A program made the position numbers and the translations under genes. 64,000 bases of DNA from an uncultured Bacilli bacterium (lineage in GTDB: Bacteria > Bacillota_I > Bacilli_A > RF39 > UBA660): contig CAKOXW010000001.1 in NCBI GenBank assembly GCA_934130375.1, forward strand, positions 136,067 through 200,066, in the 5' to 3' direction. A model generated the notes under the pieces. It saw only the letters and a program-made list of their open reading frames with translations, searched no databases and was not told the origin of the DNA. This document shows, piece after piece, positions 47,730 to 57,518 of this stretch. Within the stretch, counting starts at the first letter, position 1, and the number at the start of each line of letters is the position of its first letter.

Positions 47730-48371
47730 ATGAATATATTGCTTGTTGAAGATAATCTAGGTATACAAAAAGGACTTAGTTATTCACTTACTAAAAATAA
47801 CTACAATGTAATAGTTAAATCTAGTATAAAAGATACTAAAACATATCTTGAAGATAATAAACCAAATCTAATTATATTAGATATCGCGTTACCAGATGGT
47901 AGTGGTCTAGATTTATATAAAGATTATATTAAATCCTTAAATATAAATACCATTTTCTTAACTGCAGATGATAATATAGACAATATTGTTTTCGCGCTTG
48001 ATACCGGGGCATGTGACTATATTACTAAGCCTTTTGAAGTTAGAGTACTTATTGCTAAAATAAATAGAATTTTATCTAATAAAAGTCTTGTTATAAACGA
48101 TATAGTATTTGATATTAATAAAATGGAAGTATTTAAGAATGACAAGGTAGTAAGTTTAACTAGTTTAGAGAAAAAAATACTTTTCTTATTAGTGTCTAAT
48201 AAAAATAAAGTAGTTACAAGAGAGAACTTGATAAATTATATATGGGAACTTACTGGTAACGATGTATACGATAATACGATTACAGTTTATTTAAAAAGAA
48301 TTAGAGAAAAACTTGATACTGATATAATAAAAACAATAAAAGGTATAGGATATAGAATAGATGAAGAGTAG
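47730..48371 (+). CDS. OmpR-family response regulator
   Basis: Receiver (LLVEDN, LDIALPDGSG, KPF) plus winged helix. Confidence 0.8.
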   Translation: MNILLVEDNLGIQKGLSYSLTKNNYNVIVKSSIKDTKTYLEDNKPNLIILDIALPDGSGLDLYKDYIKSLNINTIFLTADDNIDNIVFALDTGACDYITKPFEVRVLIAKINRILSNKSLVINDIVFDINKMEVFKNDKVVSLTSLEKKILFLLVSNKNKVVTRENLINYIWELTGNDVYDNTITVYLKRIREKLDTDIIKTIKGIGYRIDEE

Positions 48372-49542
48372 TAATATAAAGTACATAATTTTATTCTCCA
48401 TAGTATTATTTATTACAGCCTTAATAAATGTGTGCGAGTATAATACTTATAGAATTAACTATAATAACAAAATTTCAAGTATAATTGAATTAGTAGTAAG
48501 TAAGTATCAAGATATTAGTAAAGAAGAGATATATAATATTATTAATAATAAAAGTGATAAGTCTAATGTATTAAAAGAATATGGAATATATGATGATATA
48601 GATAACTTAGTAATTGAGAATGAGAATAAATATACATTTTATTTAGTAGTTAATTTAATGTTAGTTGTTATATTATTTATAATATTCTATATAATTATAT
48701 TTAAAGATAAGTATTTATTTAATAAAAATATTAATAAATTAACTAAATACTTTAGTGAGATAAATAATGGTAATTATGATATAGATATTAATGATAATAA
48801 AGAGAATAATTTATCTATATTAAAAAATGAGATATATAAAACAACTATAATGCTTAAAGAACAAGCAAGTAATTCTAAGAAGGATAAGGAAGAATTAAAA
48901 GTAATGTTAGAAGATATATCACATCAATTAAAGACCCCTCTAACAGCAATTAATATTTATATAGATAACCTACTTGATAATGATATAGATTATAAAACTA
49001 GAAATGAATTTCTAAAAGAAATAAAGAAAGATATAAATAATATGAATTTCTTAATATTAAATTTACTTAAACTATCAAAGTTTGATACTAATACTATAAA
49101 GTACGAGATTAAGAAGTACAAGGTAGATAGTATTATTAGTAAAGTAATTAATAATTTAAGTTATTTAAGTGATTTAAAGAATATAAATATAAATGTTATT
49201 GGTGATAAGAATATAGTATTAAATTGTGATTATAGATGGGAAGTAGAAGCTATTAGTAATATAGTCAAGAATGCTTTAGAACATTGTTATTCTAAAGTAG
49301 AAATTAGTTATAAAGAATATAAATCATATGTAGAGATAAGAATTATTAATGATGGAGATACTATCAATAAGAAAGATATTAAGCATATATTTGATAGATT
49401 TTATAAAATATCTAATGATAAAGATAGTATTGGTATAGGTTTAGCGTTATCTAAAAGTATTATAGAAAAAGATAATGGTAAAATTAATGTTATAAGTGAT
49501 AATAATAGTACAATATTTGAAATAAAGTATTATAAATATTAG
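48361..49542 (+). CDS. Sensor histidine kinase (two TM segments flanking a ~65-aa extracytoplasmic loop)
   Basis: H-box ISHQLKTPLTAINIY, HATPase_c (NDGDTI, GIGLAL). Overlaps the RR stop. Confidence 0.75.
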   Translation: MKSSNIKYIILFSIVLFITALINVCEYNTYRINYNNKISSIIELVVSKYQDISKEEIYNIINNKSDKSNVLKEYGIYDDIDNLVIENENKYTFYLVVNLMLVVILFIIFYIIIFKDKYLFNKNINKLTKYFSEINNGNYDIDINDNKENNLSILKNEIYKTTIMLKEQASNSKKDKEELKVMLEDISHQLKTPLTAINIYIDNLLDNDIDYKTRNEFLKEIKKDINNMNFLILNLLKLSKFDTNTIKYEIKKYKVDSIISKVINNLSYLSDLKNININVIGDKNIVLNCDYRWEVEAISNIVKNALEHCYSKVEISYKEYKSYVEIRIINDGDTINKKDIKHIFDRFYKISNDKDSIGIGLALSKSIIEKDNGKINVISDNNSTIFEIKYYKY

Positions 49543-49546
49543 TTTT

Positions 49547-50146
49547 ATATGTATTCTTGGGCTTTATTAGTTTATATTACATTTATAAAAGAATTACAAA
49601 AAAGTAATTCTTTTAAACTTATATATTAAAGATTATATAGTTTTATATTATTTTGAATACAAGTAACATCCAGTTAAAAATAGCTAAAAAGTAGTTATTT
49701 GATATAAAATGTTAAAAACTTTGTAAATTTTCGTCAAAAATAGGCCTGAAAAACGCCTCCGCCCATTGCCAAATGGGGGGGGGTGTTATGCTATAATAAT
49801 TACATAAAATAGAGGAGGAAATTTATGAAGAAAAAGAAGGGTTTTACTTTAGTGGAATTATTAGCAGTAATAGTTATTTTGGCAGTTATACTAATTATTG
49901 CAATGCCAAAAATAAGTGATGTAATTAAGAATTCTAAAGAAGCATCATTAGAAACAACTGCAAAGTTAATAGCAAGTCAAGCAGAGAAGAAATATACTGA
50001 AAATCAAGTATTAGATGGTAGTAGTACAATAAAATGTAGTGATGTTGCTAAGATAAATGATGCTGACTATGAAAGTTGTAATATTACTTTTGATGATAAG
50101 GGTAATGCAAAAGTATCAATAGTAGGTAAGGGTAAGTTTGAAGGTA
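49547..50146 (+). repeat. Cassette C: ~600 bp near-identical to cassette B (31717-32288)
   Basis: See cassette B. Encoded N-termini differ at only a handful of residues over ~107 aa. Confidence 0.7.
49775..49783 (+). repeat. G9 homopolymer between TTGCCA (49766-49771) and TATAAT (49792-49797)
   Basis: Counted directly. Spacer is 20 nt. Confidence 0.8.
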
Positions 50147-50898
50147 TGGCTGTATGCAATGCTAATAAGAATAGTGCATCTATATCTAGTGATTGTTCAA
50201 CAAATGCATCTTATTTTACATATGAGGACACTACTATAGTAACTAACGTTATTGTTGAAGATGCGAATAAGTGCAAGAGTTATATTCAAACAAAGCATTT
50301 AACTGAAGAACAAGCAACAACGTTGTGTACTGAAGGTTCAATAACAATTGGTGAATCTACTGGTTCGTTAAAAGATTTAGTTGTAGTTGGTGCGATACCA
50401 TCAAGTGATTATGAGACAGTAGGATTAAGAATAGAAACAAAAGATGGTATATCAATAACTGGTTATAATATAGAAGGAGGAACTGATGTAGTAATACCAT
50501 CACAAATAGATGGCAAGACAGTTGTTGCTATTGGAGATAATACAAGTGATGGTCTAGGAATAACTTCAGTGGTAATACCAAATTCAGTGACAAGCATAGG
50601 TATGAATGCATTTAGATGGAACAAATTAACAAATGTAACAATTCCATCAAGTGTTAAAACAATAGGTCATAGTGCATTTAGAGGGAACAAATTAACAAAT
50701 GTAACAATTCCTAGTAGTGTTATTTCAATAGATTACTATGCTTTTAATAGTAATCCAAATATTGTAATTACCAATAATTCGAGTATTGAAAATACACAAG
50801 ATGTTTGGGATAAAATTTTAGGAATAGACGGGTCATGTTCTCCGAAAGTAACTATAACAAATAATATTATTGAAATAGGTGTGGGACCTAATTGCTAA
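49825..50898 (+). CDS. Modular type IV pilin-like protein 3 (pilin module + Cys-containing linker + BspA-type LRR module)
   Basis: Same prepilin N-terminus. Shares internal blocks SITGYNIEGGTDVVIPSQIDGKTVVAIGD and GLGITSVVIPNSVTSIG with protein 2 (mosaic). LRR-type repeats NKLTNVTIPSSV. Confidence 0.7.
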   Translation: MKKKKGFTLVELLAVIVILAVILIIAMPKISDVIKNSKEASLETTAKLIASQAEKKYTENQVLDGSSTIKCSDVAKINDADYESCNITFDDKGNAKVSIVGKGKFEGMAVCNANKNSASISSDCSTNASYFTYEDTTIVTNVIVEDANKCKSYIQTKHLTEEQATTLCTEGSITIGESTGSLKDLVVVGAIPSSDYETVGLRIETKDGISITGYNIEGGTDVVIPSQIDGKTVVAIGDNTSDGLGITSVVIPNSVTSIGMNAFRWNKLTNVTIPSSVKTIGHSAFRGNKLTNVTIPSSVISIDYYAFNSNPNIVITNNSSIENTQDVWDKILGIDGSCSPKVTITNNIIEIGVGPNC

Positions 50899-50971
50899 AG
50901 TGAGTAATAAATCTCACTTTTTAAATTGATATTAATAATTTAAAATGGTATAATATTGTTGGGTGGTAAAG

Positions 50972-51736
50972 ATGAAAGATATAAATGTATTAGTAAATGG
51001 TGGTATTAATGTAAATGGTTCTTTGGAATTGTTTTCTAATATTGAAACTTATGAGGAAAATCTTAATAATTTTTTAAATAGTATTAAGGAAAGAATTATT
51101 AGTTTAAATGAGTATAAAGAGAAAAATGATATGCATAATTATAATATTTTAGTGGATGCATTAAAGTTTGAAACTAAGTTACTTGGTTTTAATTCTTTAT
51201 CTGAAATATGTAATAAGCAAACTGTTGCTAGTAAGAATAATTATGTTACTTTTGTTACTGATAATTTTAATGAATTAGTTACTGAATTAAATAGGGTAAT
51301 TATGCTTTGTTTAAGTTATTTTGGTATTAGTGATACAAGTGATTATATTGTTTCTTTCGGTTCTGTTAAGAGTGATGATGCAATATTAGTAGTTGATGAT
51401 TCTGATTTAATTAGAAATTTTATTAGACACATGCTTGATAGTTCTTATGAAATTAAGGTTGCTAAGGATGGTGTTGAAGCATTATATATTTTGTCTAATC
51501 AAAAAATATCTGGTATGTTCTTGGACCTTGAAATGCCTAATGTTAATGGATTTGAAGTTTTAAATTATATGGATAAAAATAATATGTTTGAAAATATTCC
51601 GGTTACTGTAATAACTGGTGTAGATGGTAAAGCGGAATTAGATAGGTTATCTATGTACCCAATTACTGATGTGTTGTTAAAACCTTTTAATGAAAAATCA
51701 TTAAAGGATGCGATTGATAAGATGTTAAAAAAATAG
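50972..51736 (+). CDS. Response-regulator receiver protein with N-terminal HPt-like/helical domain
   Basis: C-terminal CheY-like receiver (ILVVDDSDLIR...FLDLEMPNVNGFEV...KPF). N-terminal ~130 aa helical; HPt assignment tentative. Confidence 0.5.
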   Translation: MKDINVLVNGGINVNGSLELFSNIETYEENLNNFLNSIKERIISLNEYKEKNDMHNYNILVDALKFETKLLGFNSLSEICNKQTVASKNNYVTFVTDNFNELVTELNRVIMLCLSYFGISDTSDYIVSFGSVKSDDAILVVDDSDLIRNFIRHMLDSSYEIKVAKDGVEALYILSNQKISGMFLDLEMPNVNGFEVLNYMDKNNMFENIPVTVITGVDGKAELDRLSMYPITDVLLKPFNEKSLKDAIDKMLKK

Positions 51737-51740
51737 CAAG

Positions 51741-52703
51741 TTAAAGTTTACTTGCTATTTTTTCATAGTTTTTAAAATTAGTTTTTGATATATCTTTTAG
51801 CTTATCTATTCCGTACATTTTTACTATTTTTACTCCAACCTCATCAACAAGGTTTGATGAACCAAGTGGAAGAGTAGTGTTTAATTCTTTGTTTAATTTT
51901 TTCATTTCATTTAAAAATATGTATCTACTTATTATTGATGAAACTCCAACTGATAAGCATTTGTCTTCTGCTCTTGGTGTCATTGTAAGATTTTTAACTC
52001 TATAACTGCATTTTTCTAAGTATTCAAAATATTTCTTTTCATTTACGAATTGGTCAACTACTATTTTATCATATTCAAAATTATTATTTTTAATAAGTGT
52101 AAATAATGCTTTGTTGTGAAGTAGTGCTTTTATTTTATTCATATTCATATTTTGATTGTATATTTCATTATATTTTTTATTATTTAGTATAATAATTATA
52201 TGTGGTATTTTTTCAATTAGTTGTGGTGCGATTTTAATTATTTTTTCATCTGTTATTTGTTTTGAATCTCTTACACCCAAACTTTCTAAGAATGGAATAT
52301 CCTTTTTGTTTACATAGGAAGCAGTAACAACTATTGGACCAAAGAAATCTCCAGTACCAACTTCATCAGACCCAACCGAATTTATGAAGTAGTAATCGCA
52401 TCTATCTTCATCTTTTTCTATTTTTTTAGTTTCTTTCTTTTCTTTCTCAACAGGGTATTTGCCAGTTAATGCTCTTTCTCTTTCTTTCCACATGCTAGCA
52501 TCTATATCAGCACTTATACCTTGAAAAACAACTTTTCCAGATTCATATAAAGTTACAACTGTATCTTCTTCATCTGCTTGAAATACTGCGTAAGGTGGTG
52601 TTTTATCTCTTTTTTTGTATTTAAAATATTCAACCATTTCATTTTTAGTCGCATCACTTACTTTATAACTAAATGTTTGTATTTGTGTTTTAATTTTTGC
52701 CAT
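51741..52703 (-). CDS. rnhC: Ribonuclease HIII
   Basis: TBP-like N-domain, catalytic GSDEVGTGDFFGP. RBS AGGTGA before the ATG at 52703. Confidence 0.85.
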   Translation of the reverse strand: MAKIKTQIQTFSYKVSDATKNEMVEYFKYKKRDKTPPYAVFQADEEDTVVTLYESGKVVFQGISADIDASMWKERERALTGKYPVEKEKKETKKIEKDEDRCDYYFINSVGSDEVGTGDFFGPIVVTASYVNKKDIPFLESLGVRDSKQITDEKIIKIAPQLIEKIPHIIIILNNKKYNEIYNQNMNMNKIKALLHNKALFTLIKNNNFEYDKIVVDQFVNEKKYFEYLEKCSYRVKNLTMTPRAEDKCLSVGVSSIISRYIFLNEMKKLNKELNTTLPLGSSNLVDEVGVKIVKMYGIDKLKDISKTNFKNYEKIASKL

Positions 52704-52788
52704 AAATATCACCTATGAACATTTTAACATAAAAACATTTATTTTTCTAGCAATATGTAATATAATATTAACATAGGATGTGAAGTAT

Positions 52789-53502
52789 ATGAATATAGTA
52801 GATACGATTATTTTGCTCGGGCTTTTATTAGGTGCGGCGACTGGATTTGTAAGAGGGTTCTTTAAACAGACAGTTATCTTTTTAGGAACTATTCTTGTTG
52901 TTGTACTTGCATTTCTAATAAAAAATCCATTATCTGCAATAATGTATCAAAATTTACCATTTTTTAGGTTTGGTGGTTTAACAGCGCTTAATATACTTGT
53001 TTATGAGGTTATAGCGTTTATTATTGCAATTACAATACTGACACTTATTCTTGCAATAATTATAAAAATTACTGGTATAATAGAGAAGATACTTAAATTT
53101 ACAATTATTCTTGCGTTGCCATCTAAATTACTAGGTATGATAGTTGGTGTAATTCAATCAATTGTAATTATGTACATAATATTATTTATTATGTCACTTC
53201 CAACATTAAAGATGGATTTTCTAAAGGATTCTAAGTACACAGATGTAATTCTTACAAAGACACCTATAATTTCAAATATAACTAATGATATAGTTAAGTC
53301 ATTTAATGAGATTGCTGAACTTACTAAAATCAAGGTTGATTTAAAAGATGTAGATAATACTAATGGTAAGATAGTTGATGTATTACTTAAAAATAATATT
53401 GTTACTATTGGTAATGTAGATAATTTAGTTGAGAGTAAGAAAATAAGTATTGATAATTATTCAGAATTAAAAGATAAATATAAGGAGGAATATAATGATT
53501 AA
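52789..53502 (+). CDS. cvpA: CvpA family membrane protein
   Basis: N-terminal IVDTIILLGLLLGAATGFVRGFFKQ is typical of CvpA. Confidence 0.7.
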   Translation: MNIVDTIILLGLLLGAATGFVRGFFKQTVIFLGTILVVVLAFLIKNPLSAIMYQNLPFFRFGGLTALNILVYEVIAFIIAITILTLILAIIIKITGIIEKILKFTIILALPSKLLGMIVGVIQSIVIMYIILFIMSLPTLKMDFLKDSKYTDVILTKTPIISNITNDIVKSFNEIAELTKIKVDLKDVDNTNGKIVDVLLKNNIVTIGNVDNLVESKKISIDNYSELKDKYKEEYND

Positions 53503-53800
53503 TCATGAATTTAATGAAGATAAGTATGAGGAGATAATAAAACAAGGTGTAGTGTTATTTGATTTTTATGCTACATGGTGCGGTCCTTGCAAAATGCTTG
53601 CACCTGAACTTGAGGATTTAGTTAAGAAGAACAAGGATGTAAGTATTTATAAGATAGATGTAGATAAGCATAGTAATTTTACTAGGAAGTTTGGTATTAT
53701 GAGTGTACCTACATTATTACTTTATAAAAATGGTGAATTAGTAAAAAAAATAAGTGGTTATATGCCATGCGATGAATTAATTAATTGGATTAATAGTTAG
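53495..53800 (+). CDS. trxA: Thioredoxin
   Basis: WCGPCK active site, ~100 aa. Confidence 0.9.
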   Translation: MINHEFNEDKYEEIIKQGVVLFDFYATWCGPCKMLAPELEDLVKKNKDVSIYKIDVDKHSNFTRKFGIMSVPTLLLYKNGELVKKISGYMPCDELINWINS

Positions 53801-53808
53801 GAGAAGTT

Positions 53809-54885
53809 ATGAAAAGAAATGTATTAAAATATATAGTTATATTTGTGTCAATTATGTTTTTAGTTGGATGTAGCAATAATACTGGTAGTGGTATTATAGA
53901 TGGTAATAGTAAGATTAAGATTGTTAAAAATGAAGTATCTAATATTAAATTAGAGGAATATAGTAGTGATGTATTTTCTATGAAGAAACCAGTTGGTTGG
54001 AAAGTTGAAACTGGTGGTGAGGGAATATATTATGCGATAAGAGTATATGATGAGGCGGATACTAGAAATCAAATATTTTTAATGCCTAAGATACAGCCAT
54101 TGCTTAAGAGTGATACTGCTAAGAAGCAATGGGTATATTATAATAGTTTATCTGGAGGACAACATAGATTGTTTGCTGAGGCAGTTGTACTTAATAAAGC
54201 AACTACTGAAGAGTTTTATAAGCAATTTAATAATGTTGCTAGTTTTATGAAAAACATTGATAATTCTTTTTCAAGTATAACTTTCCCAACATTTACAAAT
54301 TTCACTAAACTTGATGAAAGTGCTTCTAGTGCATCTATGAAAAGTGTTGCATTAGATAGTAAAGTATTAAGAGCAACATTTAATAGTGAAAAAGGTGAAC
54401 TGGGAGAAGGTATGTTTTTAGCGTCAATAGTTAATTTTGGTAATAATTATCAAATGGGTATTGATACATCATATTATATGATTTATGATATTATGGCAAT
54501 TACTAGTGCAAAAGATAAATTTATTGATTATAAAGATATGTTATTAGAGTGCATAAATTCAATAAAATTTACTGATAGTTATGTTAATAAAACAATTGAT
54601 GATGGTAATACTCAAACTAAAAATGCTCTAGCGTTATCCGCATCAATTCAAAAATCATTTGACTCTTATATGAGTGCTTGGGAAAATAGAAGTAAAACTT
54701 ATGATATTATGAGTCAAAAACAAAGTGATGCAACTTTAGGATATGAAAGAGTTTATGATACTGAAACAAATGAAATATATAAGGCTTATAATGGATTTAC
54801 TGATGATTATGATGGTAAGAGATACAAGTCTATTACTGATGATATGTATGCACAAAAGACAAGTGGTTATATAGAAAAGAGGTAA
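53809..54885 (+). CDS. Hypothetical lipoprotein
   Basis: Lipobox LVGCSN. No recognised domain. Confidence 0.4.
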   Translation: MKRNVLKYIVIFVSIMFLVGCSNNTGSGIIDGNSKIKIVKNEVSNIKLEEYSSDVFSMKKPVGWKVETGGEGIYYAIRVYDEADTRNQIFLMPKIQPLLKSDTAKKQWVYYNSLSGGQHRLFAEAVVLNKATTEEFYKQFNNVASFMKNIDNSFSSITFPTFTNFTKLDESASSASMKSVALDSKVLRATFNSEKGELGEGMFLASIVNFGNNYQMGIDTSYYMIYDIMAITSAKDKFIDYKDMLLECINSIKFTDSYVNKTIDDGNTQTKNALALSASIQKSFDSYMSAWENRSKTYDIMSQKQSDATLGYERVYDTETNEIYKAYNGFTDDYDGKRYKSITDDMYAQKTSGYIEKR

Positions 54886-54886
54886 T

Positions 54887-55834
54887 ATGAAAAAGTATTT
54901 TGTAGTATTTGTTGCTGTATTAGCATTGTTTACTGGATGTTCTAAAGATAATGATAATAAGAACAACAAGGATAATAATAGTAGTAATAATAACAATAAT
55001 AGTGTAGTTGAGAGTAAGAATTTAGTTGATGCTGTTTTAAAGAATAAAAATAAATCAGAAAATGATTATAAGAAATTTGTTGGTGGAGAGGTTTTAAATG
55101 AGAATACTAATTTCTTAGAATATGCTTTTATTTCTAATAATAAAGCATATATATATAATCCTGAAAAACTCAATTCTTCAGAGTTAAGTTATAAATTAGT
55201 ATATGAAATACCTAGTGATATTACAATAACTAATGTAGGTATTCCATATGGTGCGGATATATATTTTTATGATAATTTGGGTGGAAAGTATGCAGTTTAT
55301 GATGATAATACAGATAGTAAAATAGAACCTGGTTATAGTTTGTTTGAAAGAGCAATATATAAATTTAAAAAAGTTAATCAAGTTCCTTATACAGTTGCGC
55401 ATAATTTAACAAGGGATTATGATTTAAGATGTAATATGTTTTATGCTAAAGATAATGTTTTATATGAGATACAAGAGGAGTATTATCACTTTACTGAAAA
55501 GAGAACTGTTCCAGCAACAACTTTTAAGGTAAATGGTAATTATGAAGGTGAAAAGATATTACATTTTTACAATGATAGAATAATGAAAACTGATAAAGGC
55601 TTTTATGAAATTGCTAGATATAGTGGTGATAATGGGCCTATAACTGCAACATTTAAGATTGATTTATTAAGTAAATTCTATGATGAAGTATTAACATTTA
55701 CTTATGAATATGTAATATTAAAAGATTATACAATGATACCAATTGATGATGTTATGACAAATAGAGGTAAAACATATAATTATAATTTCTATGTAGATAG
55801 ATTTGAAGAAGTAAAAGATACATTTGTTGAATAA
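54887..55834 (+). CDS. Hypothetical lipoprotein with Asn-rich low-complexity linker
   Basis: Lipobox FTGCSK, then NNKNNKDNNSSNNNNNS. Confidence 0.4.
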   Translation: MKKYFVVFVAVLALFTGCSKDNDNKNNKDNNSSNNNNNSVVESKNLVDAVLKNKNKSENDYKKFVGGEVLNENTNFLEYAFISNNKAYIYNPEKLNSSELSYKLVYEIPSDITITNVGIPYGADIYFYDNLGGKYAVYDDNTDSKIEPGYSLFERAIYKFKKVNQVPYTVAHNLTRDYDLRCNMFYAKDNVLYEIQEEYYHFTEKRTVPATTFKVNGNYEGEKILHFYNDRIMKTDKGFYEIARYSGDNGPITATFKIDLLSKFYDEVLTFTYEYVILKDYTMIPIDDVMTNRGKTYNYNFYVDRFEEVKDTFVE

Positions 55835-56009
55835 ACAGATGTATTTTTCATATACGATTAAAAAGAATAAAATCTAATCGTAAATGGAAAAATGTCAAAG
55901 GAAATGTTACTTTTGCAATTATAAAGTTAATAAAATAATTAAAAAAGTAACAAAAAATATTTCTTTTTGAAATTAAATATTGTATAATTGTTTTGTAGAG
56001 GTGTTAGAT

Positions 56010-56603
56010 ATGAGTGATTTAGAAAAGATTTTAAGTTTAGTACAAAAAAATGATGGTTATATTACAACAAAAGAAGTGGTGGAAAACGGGTTAAATAAAA
56101 TGGCATTAAAAAGATTGTGTGATGGAGGTTTATTAGAAAGAGTATCAACCGGTTATTATTCTTTGCCTAATATTTTTAACGATGAATATTATAAGATTAT
56201 ATCAAAAAGTAAAAATGCTGTTTTTTCTTATGCTACATCTTTGTTTTTGCATGATTTATCAGACCGAACGCCATTATATTTTGATATAACCGTACCACGT
56301 GGTTATGGCGGACCTTTACAAAATATTGAGACAGTCTCACTTCATTATGTAGATAATAGTCTTTTAAACTTAGGAATGGAAATAATTAAATCTCCATTTG
56401 GGATGAACATTAAATGTTATGATGTTGAAAGGACTATGTGTGATATTATTAAAGATAGAAATCATATGGATAAAGAAATTTATTCTAAGGCTTTAAAATG
56501 GTATGCAGAAAGGAAGGATAAAGATATGTTAAAACTTGCTAAATACTCAAAAAGATTAAATATAGAAAAAGAAGTTGTAGAAATTATGCAATTAATTTTA
56601 TGA
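56010..56603 (+). CDS. AbiEi-type antitoxin/transcriptional regulator (type IV TA / abortive infection)
   Basis: ~200-aa protein with N-terminal wHTH-like region directly upstream of, and overlapping, an AbiEii-family nucleotidyltransferase gene. RBS GAGGTG. Confidence 0.6.
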   Translation: MSDLEKILSLVQKNDGYITTKEVVENGLNKMALKRLCDGGLLERVSTGYYSLPNIFNDEYYKIISKSKNAVFSYATSLFLHDLSDRTPLYFDITVPRGYGGPLQNIETVSLHYVDNSLLNLGMEIIKSPFGMNIKCYDVERTMCDIIKDRNHMDKEIYSKALKWYAERKDKDMLKLAKYSKRLNIEKEVVEIMQLIL

Positions 56604-57442
56604 TGAATAGCGATAAATTAAATGCGCTTATTAAAAAGCGTGCTAATGGAAGCAACGATATGTCATTGCATCTTCATCAAATGTTTTTCTTTGAACATGT
56701 TTTAATGAGACTTGAAAAAAGTAAATATAGGGATAATATTATTTTAAAAGGAGGAGTATTACTTTCTTCAATTATCGGGAGTGATATGAGAACTACAAAA
56801 GATATAGATGCTACACTGAAAAGTATTGCTCTAAATGAAGAAACGATTAGAGATATATTTGAAGAAATATTATCTATTAATATAGATGATGGAGTTTCAT
56901 TTAAAATTGAAAATATTAAAGATATTAGATTAGAAGATGAATATGGTGGTTATCGAATAAATGTTTATGGAAAATTTGATAAATTAAAAACATATTTCTT
57001 TATTGAAGTAACAACAGGTGATGTAATTACTCCAAGAGAAATCGATTATAAATATAATTCTATTTTTGAAGATAAAATCATCAATATTATGGCATATACG
57101 ATTGAAACTATAATTGCAGAAAAACTAGAGAGTATTATTAGTAAAAATATTTCTACAACAAGGGCTAAAGATTTTTATGATATGTATATAATAGTAAATA
57201 AACACAAAGAAAAAATAAATAAAGATACTTTAATTATGGCAGTAAAAAGAACTTTTAACCATAGAAATACTAGATACGATATTGAATATTTAAAAGAAGT
57301 TTATAATCTTTTAAAAGATAGTGCAATATTAAAAGAACTTTTTAATAACTATAGTAAGAAACTCGATTATGCTAAAAATGTAAAATACGAAGAAACAATT
57401 GCTGCTATAAATGAAGTTATTAATATTTTAGAAACGAATTAG
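56600..57442 (+). CDS. AbiEii/AbiGii family nucleotidyltransferase toxin (DUF1814)
   Basis: KGGVLLSS...RTTKDIDAT nucleotidyltransferase signature. 4-nt overlap with the upstream gene. Confidence 0.7.
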   Translation: MMNSDKLNALIKKRANGSNDMSLHLHQMFFFEHVLMRLEKSKYRDNIILKGGVLLSSIIGSDMRTTKDIDATLKSIALNEETIRDIFEEILSINIDDGVSFKIENIKDIRLEDEYGGYRINVYGKFDKLKTYFFIEVTTGDVITPREIDYKYNSIFEDKIINIMAYTIETIIAEKLESIISKNISTTRAKDFYDMYIIVNKHKEKINKDTLIMAVKRTFNHRNTRYDIEYLKEVYNLLKDSAILKELFNNYSKKLDYAKNVKYEETIAAINEVINILETN

Positions 57443-57518
57443 TTGCAATATAAGTAATATTAAAATACATTTGTTGAATAAATAAATGTATTTTTTTATA
57501 TAATTAAATGGTGATACT

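Noticed and set aside
54950-55015. Asn-codon-rich repetitive DNA (aataataa...), considered as a possible tandem repeat or CRISPR-like array
   Set aside because: It lies inside a lipoprotein ORF and encodes a poly-Asn linker. It has no repeat-spacer periodicity, and no CRISPR arrays were seen anywhere in the window.
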